From: an uncultured Dehalococcoidia bacterium
GTDB lineage: Bacteria; Chloroflexota; Dehalococcoidia; Lucifugimonadales; UBA1123
NCBI GenBank assembly: GCA_958296105.1
Contig: OY282441.1
Span: 1,663,585 to 1,727,584 of the forward strand
Length of the DNA: 64,000 nucleotides
Direction of reading: 5' to 3'
The notes beneath the pieces were generated by a model. That model searched no databases. It was given only the letters and a program-made list of their open reading frames with translations, and was not told the origin of the DNA. The position numbers and the translations under genes were made by a program. Shown here piece by piece: positions 34,078 to 44,379 of this stretch; positions within the stretch are counted from its first letter, which is position 1; each line of letters begins with the position of its first letter.

Positions 34078-35220
34078 ATGGATAGCGTCAACGCCGCCGT
34101 CCGAGTGATCGAACCGGGACTGCTGACGACCGTGCAGGATCTCGGCAGGCGCGGATTCCAGAAGTACGGCGTCCCGGTGTGCGGCGCGCTGGACGCCGTA
34201 TCCCTACGCATCGCCAACGTACTGGTGGGCAACCGCGAGTCGGCGGCGGGCTTGGAGATGACCGCCATCGGCCCCAAGCTGAGATTCGAGCGCGAGAGCG
34301 TGATCGCAGTCGCGGGCGCGGACTTCACCCCTCTCATAGACGGAAGGGCGGCGCGGGCTTGGGAGTCGGCGCGCGTCCCCGCCGGCGCCACGCTGAGCTT
34401 CGCCCCCCCAAATGACGGTCTGCGCGCCTGCCTCGCCATCGCCGGGGGCATCGCCGTTCCGCCGCTGATGAACAGCAGGGCGACCGACCTCAAGGGAGGG
34501 TTCGGCGGACACGAGGGGCGCGCTCTGCGCGGAGGCGACGTCCTGCCCGTGGGCTTCTCCCCGCATCTCGACGCCGCCCCCAAGCGCCTGCCGGAGGCGA
34601 TCAGCCGCCAGCCCACATACAGCCAGTCGTTCCAAATAAGGGTCGTGCTGGGACCTCAGCTCGACAGGTTCACCGAAACGGGGATAGCGGTGATGCTCAC
34701 GTCCGAGTATACTGTATCCATAGACAGCGACAGGACAGGGTGCAGGCTGGAGGGTCCAGCCATCGAACACGTCAGCGGCGCGGACGTGGTGTCGGACGGG
34801 AGCGCGCTGGGGTCGGTGCAGGTTCCGGGCAGCGGAACGCCGATAGTGCTGCTGTCCGACAGGGGGACGACCGGCGGCTACACGAAGGCGGCAACGGTCA
34901 TCAGCCCGGACATCGGCCTGCTCGCTCAGGCGATGCCGGGCGCGAAGGCGCGCTTCGCGGCGGTCTCCGTGGAGGAGGCGCGCGAGGCGCTGATCGAACA
35001 GGAGCGGATGATGGGCGAGATCAAGTCGTTCGTGGGTCTCGACCTCAGCGGCGCGGTCTCGCTCAGCGTGGACGGGGCGGATACGCGGGTGACCGATGCG
35101 GACGGCGGCGCGATAACGGCGGCGCCCGCGTTGCGAACGGCGAGACGCGCCGCTAGAAGGGTTTCCGCCACGCTGGAGGGGGAGCGGTTCGATTTCGAGG
35201 TGGAGGTGGGGATCGCGTGA
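34078..35220 (+). CDS. pxpC: 5-oxoprolinase subunit C (KipA / allophanate hydrolase subunit 2 family) with C-terminal extension
   Basis: 380 aa with VIEPGLLTTVQDLGRRGFQKYGVPVCGALD ... DRGTTGGYTKAATV. About 50 extra C-terminal residues compared with what I recall for the family. Confidence 0.9.
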   Translation: MDSVNAAVRVIEPGLLTTVQDLGRRGFQKYGVPVCGALDAVSLRIANVLVGNRESAAGLEMTAIGPKLRFERESVIAVAGADFTPLIDGRAARAWESARVPAGATLSFAPPNDGLRACLAIAGGIAVPPLMNSRATDLKGGFGGHEGRALRGGDVLPVGFSPHLDAAPKRLPEAISRQPTYSQSFQIRVVLGPQLDRFTETGIAVMLTSEYTVSIDSDRTGCRLEGPAIEHVSGADVVSDGSALGSVQVPGSGTPIVLLSDRGTTGGYTKAATVISPDIGLLAQAMPGAKARFAAVSVEEAREALIEQERMMGEIKSFVGLDLSGAVSLSVDGADTRVTDADGGAITAAPALRTARRAARRVSATLEGERFDFEVEVGIA

Positions 35221-35229
35221 GCGCAGAGT

Positions 35230-35259
35230 TTGCCGAGCGAACCCATAACTCGCTACAAT
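35230..35259 (+). promoter_or_regulatory. Candidate tRNA-Pro promoter
   Basis: TTGCCG (35230-35235), 18 nt, TACAAT (35254-35259). The -10 box ends 20 nt before the mature 5' end. Confidence 0.35.
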
Positions 35260-35279
35260 AGAGTTACGGTGATTAGAGT

Positions 35280-35355
35280 CGGGGCGTAGCGCAGTCGGTA
35301 GCGCGCCACGTTCGGGACGTGGAGGTCGCTGGTTCAAGTCCAGTCGCCCCGACCA
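35280..35355 (+). tRNA. tRNA-Pro (anticodon CGG), CCA encoded
   Basis: Acceptor stem CGGGGCG/CGCCCCG, D-arm AGCGCAGTCGGTAGCGC, anticodon arm CCACG-TTCGGGA-CGTGG, T-arm GCTGGTTCAAGTCCAGT, discriminator A plus CCA. Confidence 0.9.
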
Positions 35356-35422
35356 GCTCTCGATACTCTGGCCTGCTGCCAGACGCCGGCGGGGAAGCCG
35401 ACCGCGCTAGGAGAGAGACTTC

Positions 35423-36706
35423 ATGGACGGTGACAGGGGCCGCGTGGGAATTCTCATGGGCGGCGGACCTGCTCCAGGCATCAACAGCGCCATCAGCTCG
35501 GCAGCCATCGAAGCCGTGAACCTTGGCCACGAGGTACTGGGCATACTGGACGGCTTCTCCCACCTGATGAACGGCCGCACCGACATGACCATACCCCTGA
35601 GCATCTCGGACGTGTCTCAGATTCACCATCGGGGCGGATCCATCATCCGCACCTCGCGCCAGAACCCCACGCGGAGCGCCGAGCATCTGGACAACACCAT
35701 CTCCGCGCTCGAACGGCTGGGCATATCGTACCTGATCACCATAGGCGGGGACGATACCGCGTTCAGCGCGTCCGAAGTCTCGCGGCGCGCCGGCAGACAC
35801 GTGAGGGTGGCGCACATCCCCAAGACCATCGACAACGACCTTCCGCTGCCCGACAACATGCCCACGTTCGGCTACGAGACCGCGCGACACCTGGGAACCG
35901 AGCTGGTGCGCAACCTGATAGAGGATTTCAGGACGACCAACCGCTGGTACTTCGTGACCGCGATGGGACGCGCCGCCGGACATCTTGCGCTCGGCATCGG
36001 CAAAGCCGCCGCCGCCACGCTGACGATCATCCCCGAGGAGTTCACCGCCGAGCGCATCGGACTGAACGACGTGTGCGACGTGCTCGAGACGGCGATGATC
36101 AAGCGGCGCGTCATGGGAAAGGAGCGCGGCCTAGCGGTGGTTGCGGAGGGTGTGGCGGAGAAGTTCGACCCGCAGGATCTGGCGCGGATGCCCGGCGTGG
36201 AGGTGTCCAAAGATCAGCACGGCCACCTGCGGCTTGGCGACGTCCAGCTCGAAAAGGCGCTGAGGCGCGAGGTTCAGCGCAGATTCGCGGAGCGAGGCCA
36301 AGACCTCGCCATCATCGACAGCAGCGTGGGCTACGAGCTTAGGTCCTACCCGCCCATCCCGTTCGACATAGACTACACGCGCAGCCTCGGCTACGGCGCG
36401 GCGAGATTCTTGCTGGACGGCGCGGACGACGGCGCGAGCGGCGGCATGATCTGCCTAGTGGGCGGGAAGATCGAGACGCTGCCCTTCAGCCAGCTCAGAG
36501 ACCCCGAGACCGGCAGAACACGGGTGCGAACCGTGGATATCCACGGCGAAGGCTACCGCGTGGCGCGCAAGTACATGATAAGGCTGGAAAAAGCCGACCT
36601 CGCAGACCCCGAGATGCTGGGGAATCTGTCGAAAGAGGCCCGAATGTCGCCCAAAGAGTTCGTCCAAAGATTCGGCGGCGTGGTAGAGTTGGCGGGATCA
36701 CTTTAG
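35423..36706 (+). CDS. pfp: 6-phosphofructokinase, pyrophosphate-dependent type by signature residues
   Basis: 427 aa with GILMGGGPAPGINS, IGGDDTAFSA (Asp where ATP-type PFKs have GGDG), PKTIDNDL (Lys where they have PGTIDND) and TAMGR. Confidence 0.8.
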   Translation: MDGDRGRVGILMGGGPAPGINSAISSAAIEAVNLGHEVLGILDGFSHLMNGRTDMTIPLSISDVSQIHHRGGSIIRTSRQNPTRSAEHLDNTISALERLGISYLITIGGDDTAFSASEVSRRAGRHVRVAHIPKTIDNDLPLPDNMPTFGYETARHLGTELVRNLIEDFRTTNRWYFVTAMGRAAGHLALGIGKAAAATLTIIPEEFTAERIGLNDVCDVLETAMIKRRVMGKERGLAVVAEGVAEKFDPQDLARMPGVEVSKDQHGHLRLGDVQLEKALRREVQRRFAERGQDLAIIDSSVGYELRSYPPIPFDIDYTRSLGYGAARFLLDGADDGASGGMICLVGGKIETLPFSQLRDPETGRTRVRTVDIHGEGYRVARKYMIRLEKADLADPEMLGNLSKEARMSPKEFVQRFGGVVELAGSL

Positions 36707-36708
36707 AG

Positions 36709-37749
36709 GTGCAAAAGAGGATGAACGCTCGATCCTTGGTGGATACCGCCAAGGCGCTGGTCGCTCCGGGCAAGGGCATACTCGCCGCCGATGAGAGCAC
36801 GCGAACCATAGGCAGCCGATTCGACTCGATTGGCGTCGAGAACACCGAGACGAACCGCCGCGACTACCGCGAGATGCTGTTCAGAACCCCGGGGGTCGAT
36901 CAGTTCATCAGCGGAGTCATCCTGTACGACGAGACTCTGCGCCAGAATTGCGCAGACGGCGGCTCGATGGTCGATCTCCTGACTGGGCGCGGCATCATGC
37001 CGGGCGTCAAGGTGGACAACGGCGCGCAGCAGCTGGCGGGCGCGCCCGGAGAGCTGATTACCGAAGGGCTGGACGGTCTGCGCGACCGTCTGCGAGAGTA
37101 TCGGGATCTGGGCGCGCGCTTCACGAAGTGGCGAGCTGTCATCGCCATCGGACGCGACATCCCCAGCGAATACTGCATAGAAGTCAACGCCCACGCCCTC
37201 GCGCGCTACGCCGCACTCGCTCAGGAGGCGGGGCTCGTACCGATAATCGAGCCGGAGGTGATGCTGGACGGCGACCACTCCATAGACCGCTGCGGCGAGG
37301 TGACCGAAGCGACTCTGAGAGAGGTCTACGCGCAGCTCGCGCGCCATCGCGCGCTGCTGGAAGGCACGCTGCTGAAGGCGAACATGGTCGTATCCGGCAG
37401 GGACGCGACGGAGCGAGCCGACAGCTGCGAGGTGGCGGAAAAGACCGTGGACTGTCTCATGCGCTCGGTGCCCGCGGCGGCGGCGGGCGTCGTGTTCCTA
37501 TCAGGGGGGCAGAGCGACGAGGAATCCACCGCCAACCTGAACGCGATATGCAAGAGGGGAAACGAGCGGGGCGCGCCGTGGGAGCTGAGCTTCTCTTTCG
37601 CCAGAGGGCTGCAATCCGCGCCGATGAGCGCATGGGCGGGAAGCGCAGCGAACGCCGCCGCCGCTCAGGAGATATTCCATACCAGAGCAGTCCTGACCAG
37701 CGCTGCCAGATGCGGCAAGTACACGCCCCCGAAGACGGCGGCGCGCTAG
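36709..37749 (+). CDS. fba: Fructose-bisphosphate aldolase, class I
   Basis: 346 aa with GKGILAADES ... ISGVILYDETL ... LLKANMVVSG (Schiff-base Lys context). GTG 36709 or ATG 36721 as start. Confidence 0.9.
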   Translation: MQKRMNARSLVDTAKALVAPGKGILAADESTRTIGSRFDSIGVENTETNRRDYREMLFRTPGVDQFISGVILYDETLRQNCADGGSMVDLLTGRGIMPGVKVDNGAQQLAGAPGELITEGLDGLRDRLREYRDLGARFTKWRAVIAIGRDIPSEYCIEVNAHALARYAALAQEAGLVPIIEPEVMLDGDHSIDRCGEVTEATLREVYAQLARHRALLEGTLLKANMVVSGRDATERADSCEVAEKTVDCLMRSVPAAAAGVVFLSGGQSDEESTANLNAICKRGNERGAPWELSFSFARGLQSAPMSAWAGSAANAAAAQEIFHTRAVLTSAARCGKYTPPKTAAR

Positions 37750-38480
37750 GGAATGTCCATCGTCTTCAGGCGGCGCGTGGTCAGCCCGAAGAAGAGTATG
37801 GATACGACGACCGCCCCAACGACTGCCGCAGGCAGCTCGACAGCCCTTTCGGACAAGGCCTCCATGCCCTCTCTGTCCAGTCCGTACATCACGCCCAGCA
37901 CGTATCCGCGCGCGCTGAGGTAGCTTGCGCCGCCGATGAACGAGACCACCAGCCCCTCCCACAGGAACACGTAGACTATCGCCAGCGCGAGCGCGCGGGA
38001 GGTCACCAGCCCCAGCCACGTGAACAGCGAGCAGTAGGTGAAGACTCCCGCCAGAAGCGCGACGGCGACGGCGAGCGTCGAACGCGCCGCCCCGTCTCCC
38101 AGCGCGCTCAGCTCGATGTAAGCGGCGGCGGCAACGCTCACTGTAACCAGCGGCGCGGCGAGCGCGAGGGGAGCGAGCAGCTTGGCGAGCGCGATCTTCC
38201 AGCGAGCCACAGGCTTGAGCGCGATGTAGCTGAGCGTCCTGTCCTCGACCTCGCTGCCGAAAGATACGGTTGCCAAGGACATGACGATGAGCGGCATGAC
38301 GGCGCTCACCGCCAAGCCGTCGACCAAGACGGTGATCGACTCATCTACGCTTCCGCCTTCGTCCGACAGCAGCCTGCCGAGCAGCGTCAGGCCCAGCGGC
38401 AGCAGCGCCAGCAGCCCCACGAGCGACAGCCGTCTAACGCCCGCCAGCTGTCTCAGCGTCAGCCAGAATATCTGCGACAT
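37746..38480 (-). CDS. ABC-2 type transporter permease
   Basis: 244 aa with about 6 hydrophobic helices. Its stop shares the palindrome CTAG (37746-37749) with the convergent fba stop. Confidence 0.7.
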   Translation of the reverse strand: MSQIFWLTLRQLAGVRRLSLVGLLALLPLGLTLLGRLLSDEGGSVDESITVLVDGLAVSAVMPLIVMSLATVSFGSEVEDRTLSYIALKPVARWKIALAKLLAPLALAAPLVTVSVAAAAYIELSALGDGAARSTLAVAVALLAGVFTYCSLFTWLGLVTSRALALAIVYVFLWEGLVVSFIGGASYLSARGYVLGVMYGLDREGMEALSERAVELPAAVVGAVVVSILFFGLTTRRLKTMDIP

Positions 38481-39410
38481 CTAACGCTCTACCATGTATT
38501 CGAACAGGCTTTCGAGCGACTCGTCCATAGGCTCGACCCTCGTAAGCCGTATGCCGCTCTCACGAGCCAAGCGCGGCAGCGCCAGCTGAAGCTCGGACAC
38601 GTTGCGGCTGTAGACGATGAGCGAGCCATCGTCTGCGATGCTCGCGGAGTCCACCGAGTCCATCATCAGAATCGAGGCCGCCAAGCGGCGCGGCTCGCTC
38701 GCCACCACCCTTATCTGGTAGGCGCGCTCGTCCAGCGCGGCTCGGATCGCGCGGAAGTCGCCGGACGCCGCCAGCTTGCCGCTGATCATCAGCAGGATGC
38801 GGCTTGCGAGCGTCTCCACCTCCTCCAGTATGTGGGACGATACGAGAATCGTCTTGCCGGATGCCGCCAGCCGCTCCATGGAATCCTGAAACTCCATGCG
38901 CTGGCGCGGGTCCGTGCCGTTCAGCGGCTCGTCCAAGACTATCACGTCCGGGTCGTGGACGAGCGCGGCCGCCAGACGCATCCGCTGGCGCATACCGCGA
39001 GAGTACGCGCCGAGCCGTCTGCGCTGGGCGTCCTCCAGTCCGACCATGGCTATCGCTCGGTCGACCGAATCGGAGACGTTCGCCATGCCGTTGAGCTTGG
39101 CGGACATCTCCACCAGCTCGCGGCCTGTCAGGAACGGATAGACGGTCTCGCGCTCTGGCATGAAGCCCAGTCTGCGGTACAGCTCCGGGTTGTCGCGCAC
39201 AGGCTCTCCGAGAACCGTCACCTCGCCCCGCGAACAGCCAGCCAGCCCGACTATCATGTACAGGAGCGTGGTCTTGCCCGCGCCGTTTGGCCCCAGCAGC
39301 CCGGTTATTCCGGGCGCGACCTGAAGCGAGACCTCGTTGACCGCTACCACGTTCCCGAACCACTTGGACACGTCCGAGACGCTTATCGTGGGATCGCCGC
39401 CCGCGCTCAT
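38481..39410 (-). CDS. ABC transporter ATP-binding protein
   Basis: I start at ATG 39410 (MSAGGDPTISV), giving an ATGA overlap with the upstream stop. Walker A GPNGAGKTT, signature YSRGMRQR, Walker B VIVLDEP. Confidence 0.88.
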   Translation of the reverse strand: MSAGGDPTISVSDVSKWFGNVVAVNEVSLQVAPGITGLLGPNGAGKTTLLYMIVGLAGCSRGEVTVLGEPVRDNPELYRRLGFMPERETVYPFLTGRELVEMSAKLNGMANVSDSVDRAIAMVGLEDAQRRRLGAYSRGMRQRMRLAAALVHDPDVIVLDEPLNGTDPRQRMEFQDSMERLAASGKTILVSSHILEEVETLASRILLMISGKLAASGDFRAIRAALDERAYQIRVVASEPRRLAASILMMDSVDSASIADDGSLIVYSRNVSELQLALPRLARESGIRLTRVEPMDESLESLFEYMVER

Positions 39411-40288
39411 CTCGCCAGACTCCTGTATCGCCACCACAGCGCATACGCCGCGCCGCCTCCGATGAGCGTGTACCACGCGATCATCAGCGCGCGCGGCAGA
39501 TTTTCGGCAGATTCGTATTCGCCGAAGATCATGTCGCTGATCTCAGTCTGAATGCCCCCTATGTCGATCAGGCGCGCCCAGCGCGCGATCTCGCCAAACT
39601 GCCCCTCGTTCGCCACCATGCCGGACACGACGCTGGACAGGACGAACAGCCCGATCACGCCTGCGGAGGCATACGCCCGCCGAGTCGTGAGCGAGGCGGC
39701 TGCCAGCGGTATCGTGGTGGTGATGACTGCGATAGCGAGTCCCGCGGCGAGGAAGCGGGGGATGTCCAGCCAGTTCTCTCGCAGGTATTCGAGCGGCTCC
39801 TCCGCCCCCAGAGTCAGCCCCGCCAGAAGAAGCAGCTGCCCGGAGTAGATGAACGCCACGCTCACGAGAAAGAATGCCGACCAGCGGCCCAAGACGTAGT
39901 CGGTGGCGGTCATGGGGCGAACTAGGTAGAGGTCGATGACCCTTTCGCGTCTGTCGGGACACAGCAGCTCGGGCGCGATGATCGCCGCGAAGATGAACAG
40001 GATGGGCGAGACTATCCCATAGTAGTCCTCGTGGCCCGGCAGATCCACGATGTCCACCAAGACGTCCCCAAGCAGGCCGCCCATGACAGAAAAAAACGCT
40101 GCGGGCGTCATCACCGAGACGAAGAACAGAATCGGCAGCAGCTTGGCCCATGCCCCTCTGCCGAGACCGAAGCAGGTGCGTATTCCGTTCACGAACAGCG
40201 CCTGCCTTGCGCGCGCCCGTCCCTCGCGTGCGCCGTCGTAGCGTCGGTAGCCTAGATCGAATACCCTGCCTTCGGGGGCGTCGTTCAC
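39407..40288 (-). CDS. ABC transporter permease (membrane protein)
   Basis: 293 aa, multi-pass, with a 4-nt overlap with the upstream ATPase gene. Confidence 0.65.
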   Translation of the reverse strand: MNDAPEGRVFDLGYRRYDGAREGRARARQALFVNGIRTCFGLGRGAWAKLLPILFFVSVMTPAAFFSVMGGLLGDVLVDIVDLPGHEDYYGIVSPILFIFAAIIAPELLCPDRRERVIDLYLVRPMTATDYVLGRWSAFFLVSVAFIYSGQLLLLAGLTLGAEEPLEYLRENWLDIPRFLAAGLAIAVITTTIPLAAASLTTRRAYASAGVIGLFVLSSVVSGMVANEGQFGEIARWARLIDIGGIQTEISDMIFGEYESAENLPRALMIAWYTLIGGGAAYALWWRYRSLAR

Positions 40289-41175
40289 CTAAAGATCTCA
40301 GTCAGCCGGCGGCGGCGCGGGCCCAGCCTGCGCAGGCGCGCGCCCACTTCCGCCAGCGCGTCGCGGATGTGATCGTATTCGGCGTCTCCCACGTCTCGCA
40401 CTGCCACGGAGACGCCGTCCACGGACGCCGACAGCCCGCGCGATGTCAGCTCCTCGATCAGCTCGTCCACTCCGATGTCCACGTCTATGAAGATCGTCTC
40501 GCTCTCCGCCGTAAATCCGGCGACCTCTCCAGACTCCGAAACGCGCCCGTCTTCCAAGACTATGATCCTGTCGCAGGTCGTCTCCACGTCTCCCATCAGG
40601 TGAGTCGAAAGAACTATGCTGATTCCGAATTCGCGCCCTGTGCGCCGTATCAGCGCGAGCATCTCCTCGCGGCCCACGGGGTCCAGCCCGGCGGTCGGCT
40701 CGTCGAGGAAGACGACCGAGGGGTCGTGCGCCAGCGCCTGCGCGAGCTTGACGCGCTGGATCATGCCGGTGGAATACTCCCCAATCGAGCGGTAGCGCTC
40801 CTCGTCCAGCCCTACGTGCCTCAGCGTGTCCGCCGCGCGCGTCCGTGCCGCGCTCGGCGGCAGCCCGCTGATCTGCGCCATGTGAGCGAGAAACTCGGTG
40901 GCTGTCATGTTGGAAGGGATACAGTCATGCTCGGGCATGTAGCCCAGGTGGGCGCGAATCTCGACGTTCTCGCTGGGGCTTTCGCCCATCACCAGCGCGG
41001 CGCCCTCCGTGGGCGTCAGCAGGCCGAGGAACAGCTTGATCGCGGTGCTCTTTCCGGCTCCGTTGGGTCCCAGAAGTCCGGTAATGCCGCGCTCCACCTC
41101 CACGCTGACCCCGTCGAGAGCGATGGCGCCAGAGTAGCGCTTGGTGAGATTTCGAGCTTCCAGAAGTGGCGGCAT
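40285..41175 (-). CDS. ABC transporter ATP-binding protein
   Basis: 296 aa with Walker A GPNGAGKST, signature YSTGMIQR and Walker B VVFLDEP. Confidence 0.88.
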   Translation of the reverse strand: MPPLLEARNLTKRYSGAIALDGVSVEVERGITGLLGPNGAGKSTAIKLFLGLLTPTEGAALVMGESPSENVEIRAHLGYMPEHDCIPSNMTATEFLAHMAQISGLPPSAARTRAADTLRHVGLDEERYRSIGEYSTGMIQRVKLAQALAHDPSVVFLDEPTAGLDPVGREEMLALIRRTGREFGISIVLSTHLMGDVETTCDRIIVLEDGRVSESGEVAGFTAESETIFIDVDIGVDELIEELTSRGLSASVDGVSVAVRDVGDAEYDHIRDALAEVGARLRRLGPRRRRLTEIFR

Positions 41176-41195
41176 GGCTCAAGTATAGCAGACTC

Positions 41196-42101
41196 TCACA
41201 CGAACACCTTCTCCGGCCTCCACTGCCGCCGCGAGGCGGAGAAGCGCGCGATGGCGAGGAAACGTCCATCCGCGGAGTATGCGCGGATGCGCTCGTCCGG
41301 CCGGTCGGGGTCCGGCGCGGCTGCCGGCGGTATCGCCCCGCCGCTGCAAACCATCTTCTCGACCCGCTCGTCCACCACGAGCGCGCGCATCGAACCCAGA
41401 GCGACGTCCGCGCCGTGGAGAATGTCGTGCCATGATCCGTCTGCGAATCGCTCCTCCACCTCATCCAGAGATACCGAGTCTCGCAGGTGGAACGGTCCAG
41501 CCTTGCGCCGCGTGAGCGACTTCAGATGTCCTCCGCAGCCCAGAGCTTCGCCGAGATCGTGGGCGAGCGAGCGCACGTAGAAGCCGCGCCCGCAGCTGAT
41601 CTCGACGGTGGCGACGGGCGGATCCCATCCCGCCAGCCGAACGCCGTGGACGACCACTCGCCGCGCCTCGCGCTCGACCTCCACACCCTGCCGCGCCAGC
41701 TCGTACAGCCGCCTGCCTCCGCGCTTGAGCGCGCTGTACATGGGGGGAACCTGCATTGTCTCTCCCTCGAACTCGGTCAGCGCGATCTCCACCCGCTCCC
41801 TGCCGATGGACGACGCATCTCGCTCGCGGGTGATCTCCCCCGTGGCGTCGTAGGTGTCTGTGGATACGCCCAGCCGCACTTCGCCAACGTACTCCTTGGA
41901 GCCGGACATCAGATACTCCACCACGCGGGTGGCGCGGCCCACGCACACCGGGACGACTCCGGTCGCCATGGGGTCCAGCGTGCCGCCGTGTCCCACGCGC
42001 CTGATTCCGCAGGCGCGCCTGACGTGGCGGATGACGTCCATCGAGGTCACGCCGTAGGGTTTGTCGATGTTGAGAATGCCCGATACGAGCGTGTCGCTCA
42101 T
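41196..42101 (-). CDS. truB: tRNA pseudouridine(55) synthase TruB
   Basis: 301 aa with ILNIDKPYGVTSMDV and GHGGTLDPMATGVVPV motifs. Confidence 0.93.
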   Translation of the reverse strand: MSDTLVSGILNIDKPYGVTSMDVIRHVRRACGIRRVGHGGTLDPMATGVVPVCVGRATRVVEYLMSGSKEYVGEVRLGVSTDTYDATGEITRERDASSIGRERVEIALTEFEGETMQVPPMYSALKRGGRRLYELARQGVEVEREARRVVVHGVRLAGWDPPVATVEISCGRGFYVRSLAHDLGEALGCGGHLKSLTRRKAGPFHLRDSVSLDEVEERFADGSWHDILHGADVALGSMRALVVDERVEKMVCSGGAIPPAAAPDPDRPDERIRAYSADGRFLAIARFSASRRQWRPEKVFV

Positions 42102-42475
42102 GGCGAGGCGATGGTGTCCGGAGGGTTGGGGATCTGATTCGACAGAGAGTCCAAGAGGTCGAGCATCTTGTTGCCCTCGGTCAGCGTGTCGTCCAGTATG
42201 AACCTGAGAATGGGAACCTGTCTGGTGTCGAGCCTGTCTCTGAGCTGGCGTCTGAGGAAGCCGGCCGCCGACCCAAGCGCGGCTAAGGTCGTCTCCTTCT
42301 CTCTCAGGTCTCCATAGACGCTCACGTACACCTTGGCGTGCTGGAAATCCGCTGAGATGTCGACTCGGGTGACACTGACGACGCCGATCACTCTGGGGTC
42401 TTTGACCTCCGTTCGTATCAGCTCGCTCAGGTCACGCCGAATCTGCGAATTGAGCCTTTCGATTCTTCGGGACAC
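42098..42475 (-). CDS. rbfA: Ribosome-binding factor A
   Basis: I start at GTG 42475 ((M)SRRIERLNSQIRRDLSELI), 4 nt after the infB stop. The longer track ORF would overlap infB. Confidence 0.85.
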   Translation of the reverse strand: MSRRIERLNSQIRRDLSELIRTEVKDPRVIGVVSVTRVDISADFQHAKVYVSVYGDLREKETTLAALGSAAGFLRRQLRDRLDTRQVPILRFILDDTLTEGNKMLDLLDSLSNQIPNPPDTIASP

Positions 42476-42479
42476 GGTA

Positions 42480-44327
42480 CTAGCGCACCTGCTCGGAGCG
42501 GTAGGACTCCACGAGGTCATCCTCCCTCCAGTCGTTGAACCCGTCGATGGTCACGCCCCCCTCGAAGCCGTTGGCGATCTCCCGAACGTCGTCTTGGAAG
42601 TGCTTGAGGCTGGCGACTGGGCCTTCGGCTGCCAGCCGGCCGCCGCGCATGACTCGCAGGGTGGCGCCGCGCGCGATCTTGCCATCGTTTACGTATATTC
42701 CGGCAACCTTGGCGCGTCTGCCCAAGTTGAATATGGCGCGAACGGTCGCGCGCCCTTCCAGGACATCCTCGAAGACGGGTTCGAGCATACCGACAAGCGC
42801 GCGCTCCACGTCTTCGGTCATGTGATAGATCACGTCGTAGTTGCGGATCTCCACGCTCTCCTGATTGGCCAGCGCCCTCGCCCCCTGTTCCGGGGGGCTG
42901 TTGAAGCCGAGAATTATCGCCTGTGAAGCCACTGCCAAGAGTATGTCGCTCTCGGTGATTCCGCCACTGGCTATGTGAACGATGTTGACGCGGGTTTCGT
43001 CGCCGTTCAGCCGCTCCAGAGCGCCTCTCACCGGCTCGACCGTGCCTTGAACATCGGTCTTGACTATGAGGTTTAGGGATTTGACCTCGCCCGTCTGGAT
43101 GCGCGTGTGGACGTCTTCGAGGGTGGGGCTGGTCTGACGCTCGCGCCGCGCTTCCAGCTCGTACTCCTGAACCATCTGGCGAGCTTCGCGCTCGTCTTCC
43201 GCCACCTCGAACAGAGTTCCAGCCTCCGGAAGGCTGCTGAGACCGAGTATCTCGACCGGGGTGGATGGGCCGGCAGAGTCGATCCTGTTCCCGGAGTCAT
43301 CGAACATCGCCCTGATCTTGCCCCGTATCCCGCCGATGACGATGCTGTCTCCCACCTCCAGGGAGCCGGTCTGCACGAGCAGCGTGGCAACGGTTCCCCT
43401 GCTCCTGTCTCGGCGCGCCTCGACGACCACGCCCAGCGCGTAGCGATCGGGGTTTGCCTTCAGCTCGCTGACTTCAGCCAGCACGATCACGTTCTCGATG
43501 AGATCGGGAACGCCCTCGCCGGTCAGGGCGGAGACGGGCACCGCTATGATGTCTCCGCCCCACTCCTCGATCAGCAGATTCTGCTCGGCGAGCTGCCGCT
43601 TGACCCTCTCTAGGTCGGCGCTGGGGAGGTCCACCTTGTTGACTGCCACGACGATGGGGACTTCCGCCGCGCGCGCGTGATCTATGGCTTCGATGGTCTG
43701 GGGCATTATGCCATCGTCCGCAGCCACTATGAGAATCGCTATGTCCGTGACCTGCGCCCCTCTTGCGCGCATTGCGGTGAACGCCTCGTGGCCCGGCGTA
43801 TCCAGAAAGGTCACCGGCGTACCCTCGTAGTCGATCTGGTATGCGCCGATGTGCTGGGTTATGCCGCCCGCCTCTCCCGCCACGACGTTGGCGTTTCGGA
43901 TGGTGTCGAGCAGGGTGGTCTTGCCGTGATCCACGTGTCCGAGAATAGTTATGACCGGCGGACGCGGCTGGAGGGCATCCTGATCTTCCTCCTCGTCCGC
44001 AGAGATCACCAGCGAAGTGGAACCCGCGCTCTTTGACGACTCCGCATCCAGCGGAAGGACTCCGAATCCAAATCCGGGCGCGACGAGCGAGGCGAGGTCG
44101 TGTTCGATGACGTCGTTTATGGTGAACATGTAGCCGGAGCGCATCAGCTCCTTGATGACCTCCACGGGGCCGACGTCCATGACGGACGCCAAATCGGCCA
44201 CGGTAACCGCGGGAGGAATGTCGAGAGGCTCAAGGCCCTGAAGCCTTATCGCGGTCGCGATCTCTTCCAAGCTGTGCTCACGGAGCGCGCCGCCGCTCTG
44301 CGCTGATTGAACTCGAGTAGTGGTCAT
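42480..44327 (-). CDS. infB: Translation initiation factor IF-2
   Basis: G domain [12 protein letters not shown] / DTPGHEAF / NKVD. I prefer ATG 44327 (MTTTRVQ), 13 nt after AGGAGG; the track start is TTG 44357. Confidence 0.93.
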   Translation of the reverse strand: MTTTRVQSAQSGGALREHSLEEIATAIRLQGLEPLDIPPAVTVADLASVMDVGPVEVIKELMRSGYMFTINDVIEHDLASLVAPGFGFGVLPLDAESSKSAGSTSLVISADEEEDQDALQPRPPVITILGHVDHGKTTLLDTIRNANVVAGEAGGITQHIGAYQIDYEGTPVTFLDTPGHEAFTAMRARGAQVTDIAILIVAADDGIMPQTIEAIDHARAAEVPIVVAVNKVDLPSADLERVKRQLAEQNLLIEEWGGDIIAVPVSALTGEGVPDLIENVIVLAEVSELKANPDRYALGVVVEARRDRSRGTVATLLVQTGSLEVGDSIVIGGIRGKIRAMFDDSGNRIDSAGPSTPVEILGLSSLPEAGTLFEVAEDEREARQMVQEYELEARRERQTSPTLEDVHTRIQTGEVKSLNLIVKTDVQGTVEPVRGALERLNGDETRVNIVHIASGGITESDILLAVASQAIILGFNSPPEQGARALANQESVEIRNYDVIYHMTEDVERALVGMLEPVFEDVLEGRATVRAIFNLGRRAKVAGIYVNDGKIARGATLRVMRGGRLAAEGPVASLKHFQDDVREIANGFEGGVTIDGFNDWREDDLVESYRSEQVR

Positions 44328-44379
44328 ATTGCCCCATATACCTCCTGAGCTTTGCAAGATACTCGCCTAGTGGAGTCCG

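Noticed and set aside
32670-34616. 648-aa minus-strand ORF
   Set aside because: It runs antisense across tandem family 2, pxpB and the start of pxpC, and across intergenic DNA including the REP-like element. The plus-strand genes have clear family motifs.
35221-35422. Genomic island or integration site at tRNA-Pro
   Set aside because: No integrase, direct repeat of the tRNA 3' end or compositional break is visible. The flanking genes (pxpC, pfp) are ordinary metabolism.
36948-39551. 867-aa plus-strand ORF
   Set aside because: It spans the 3' part of fba in a wrong frame and then runs antisense to two ABC genes. Its composition is Arg/Gly-rich and it is an artefact of high GC.
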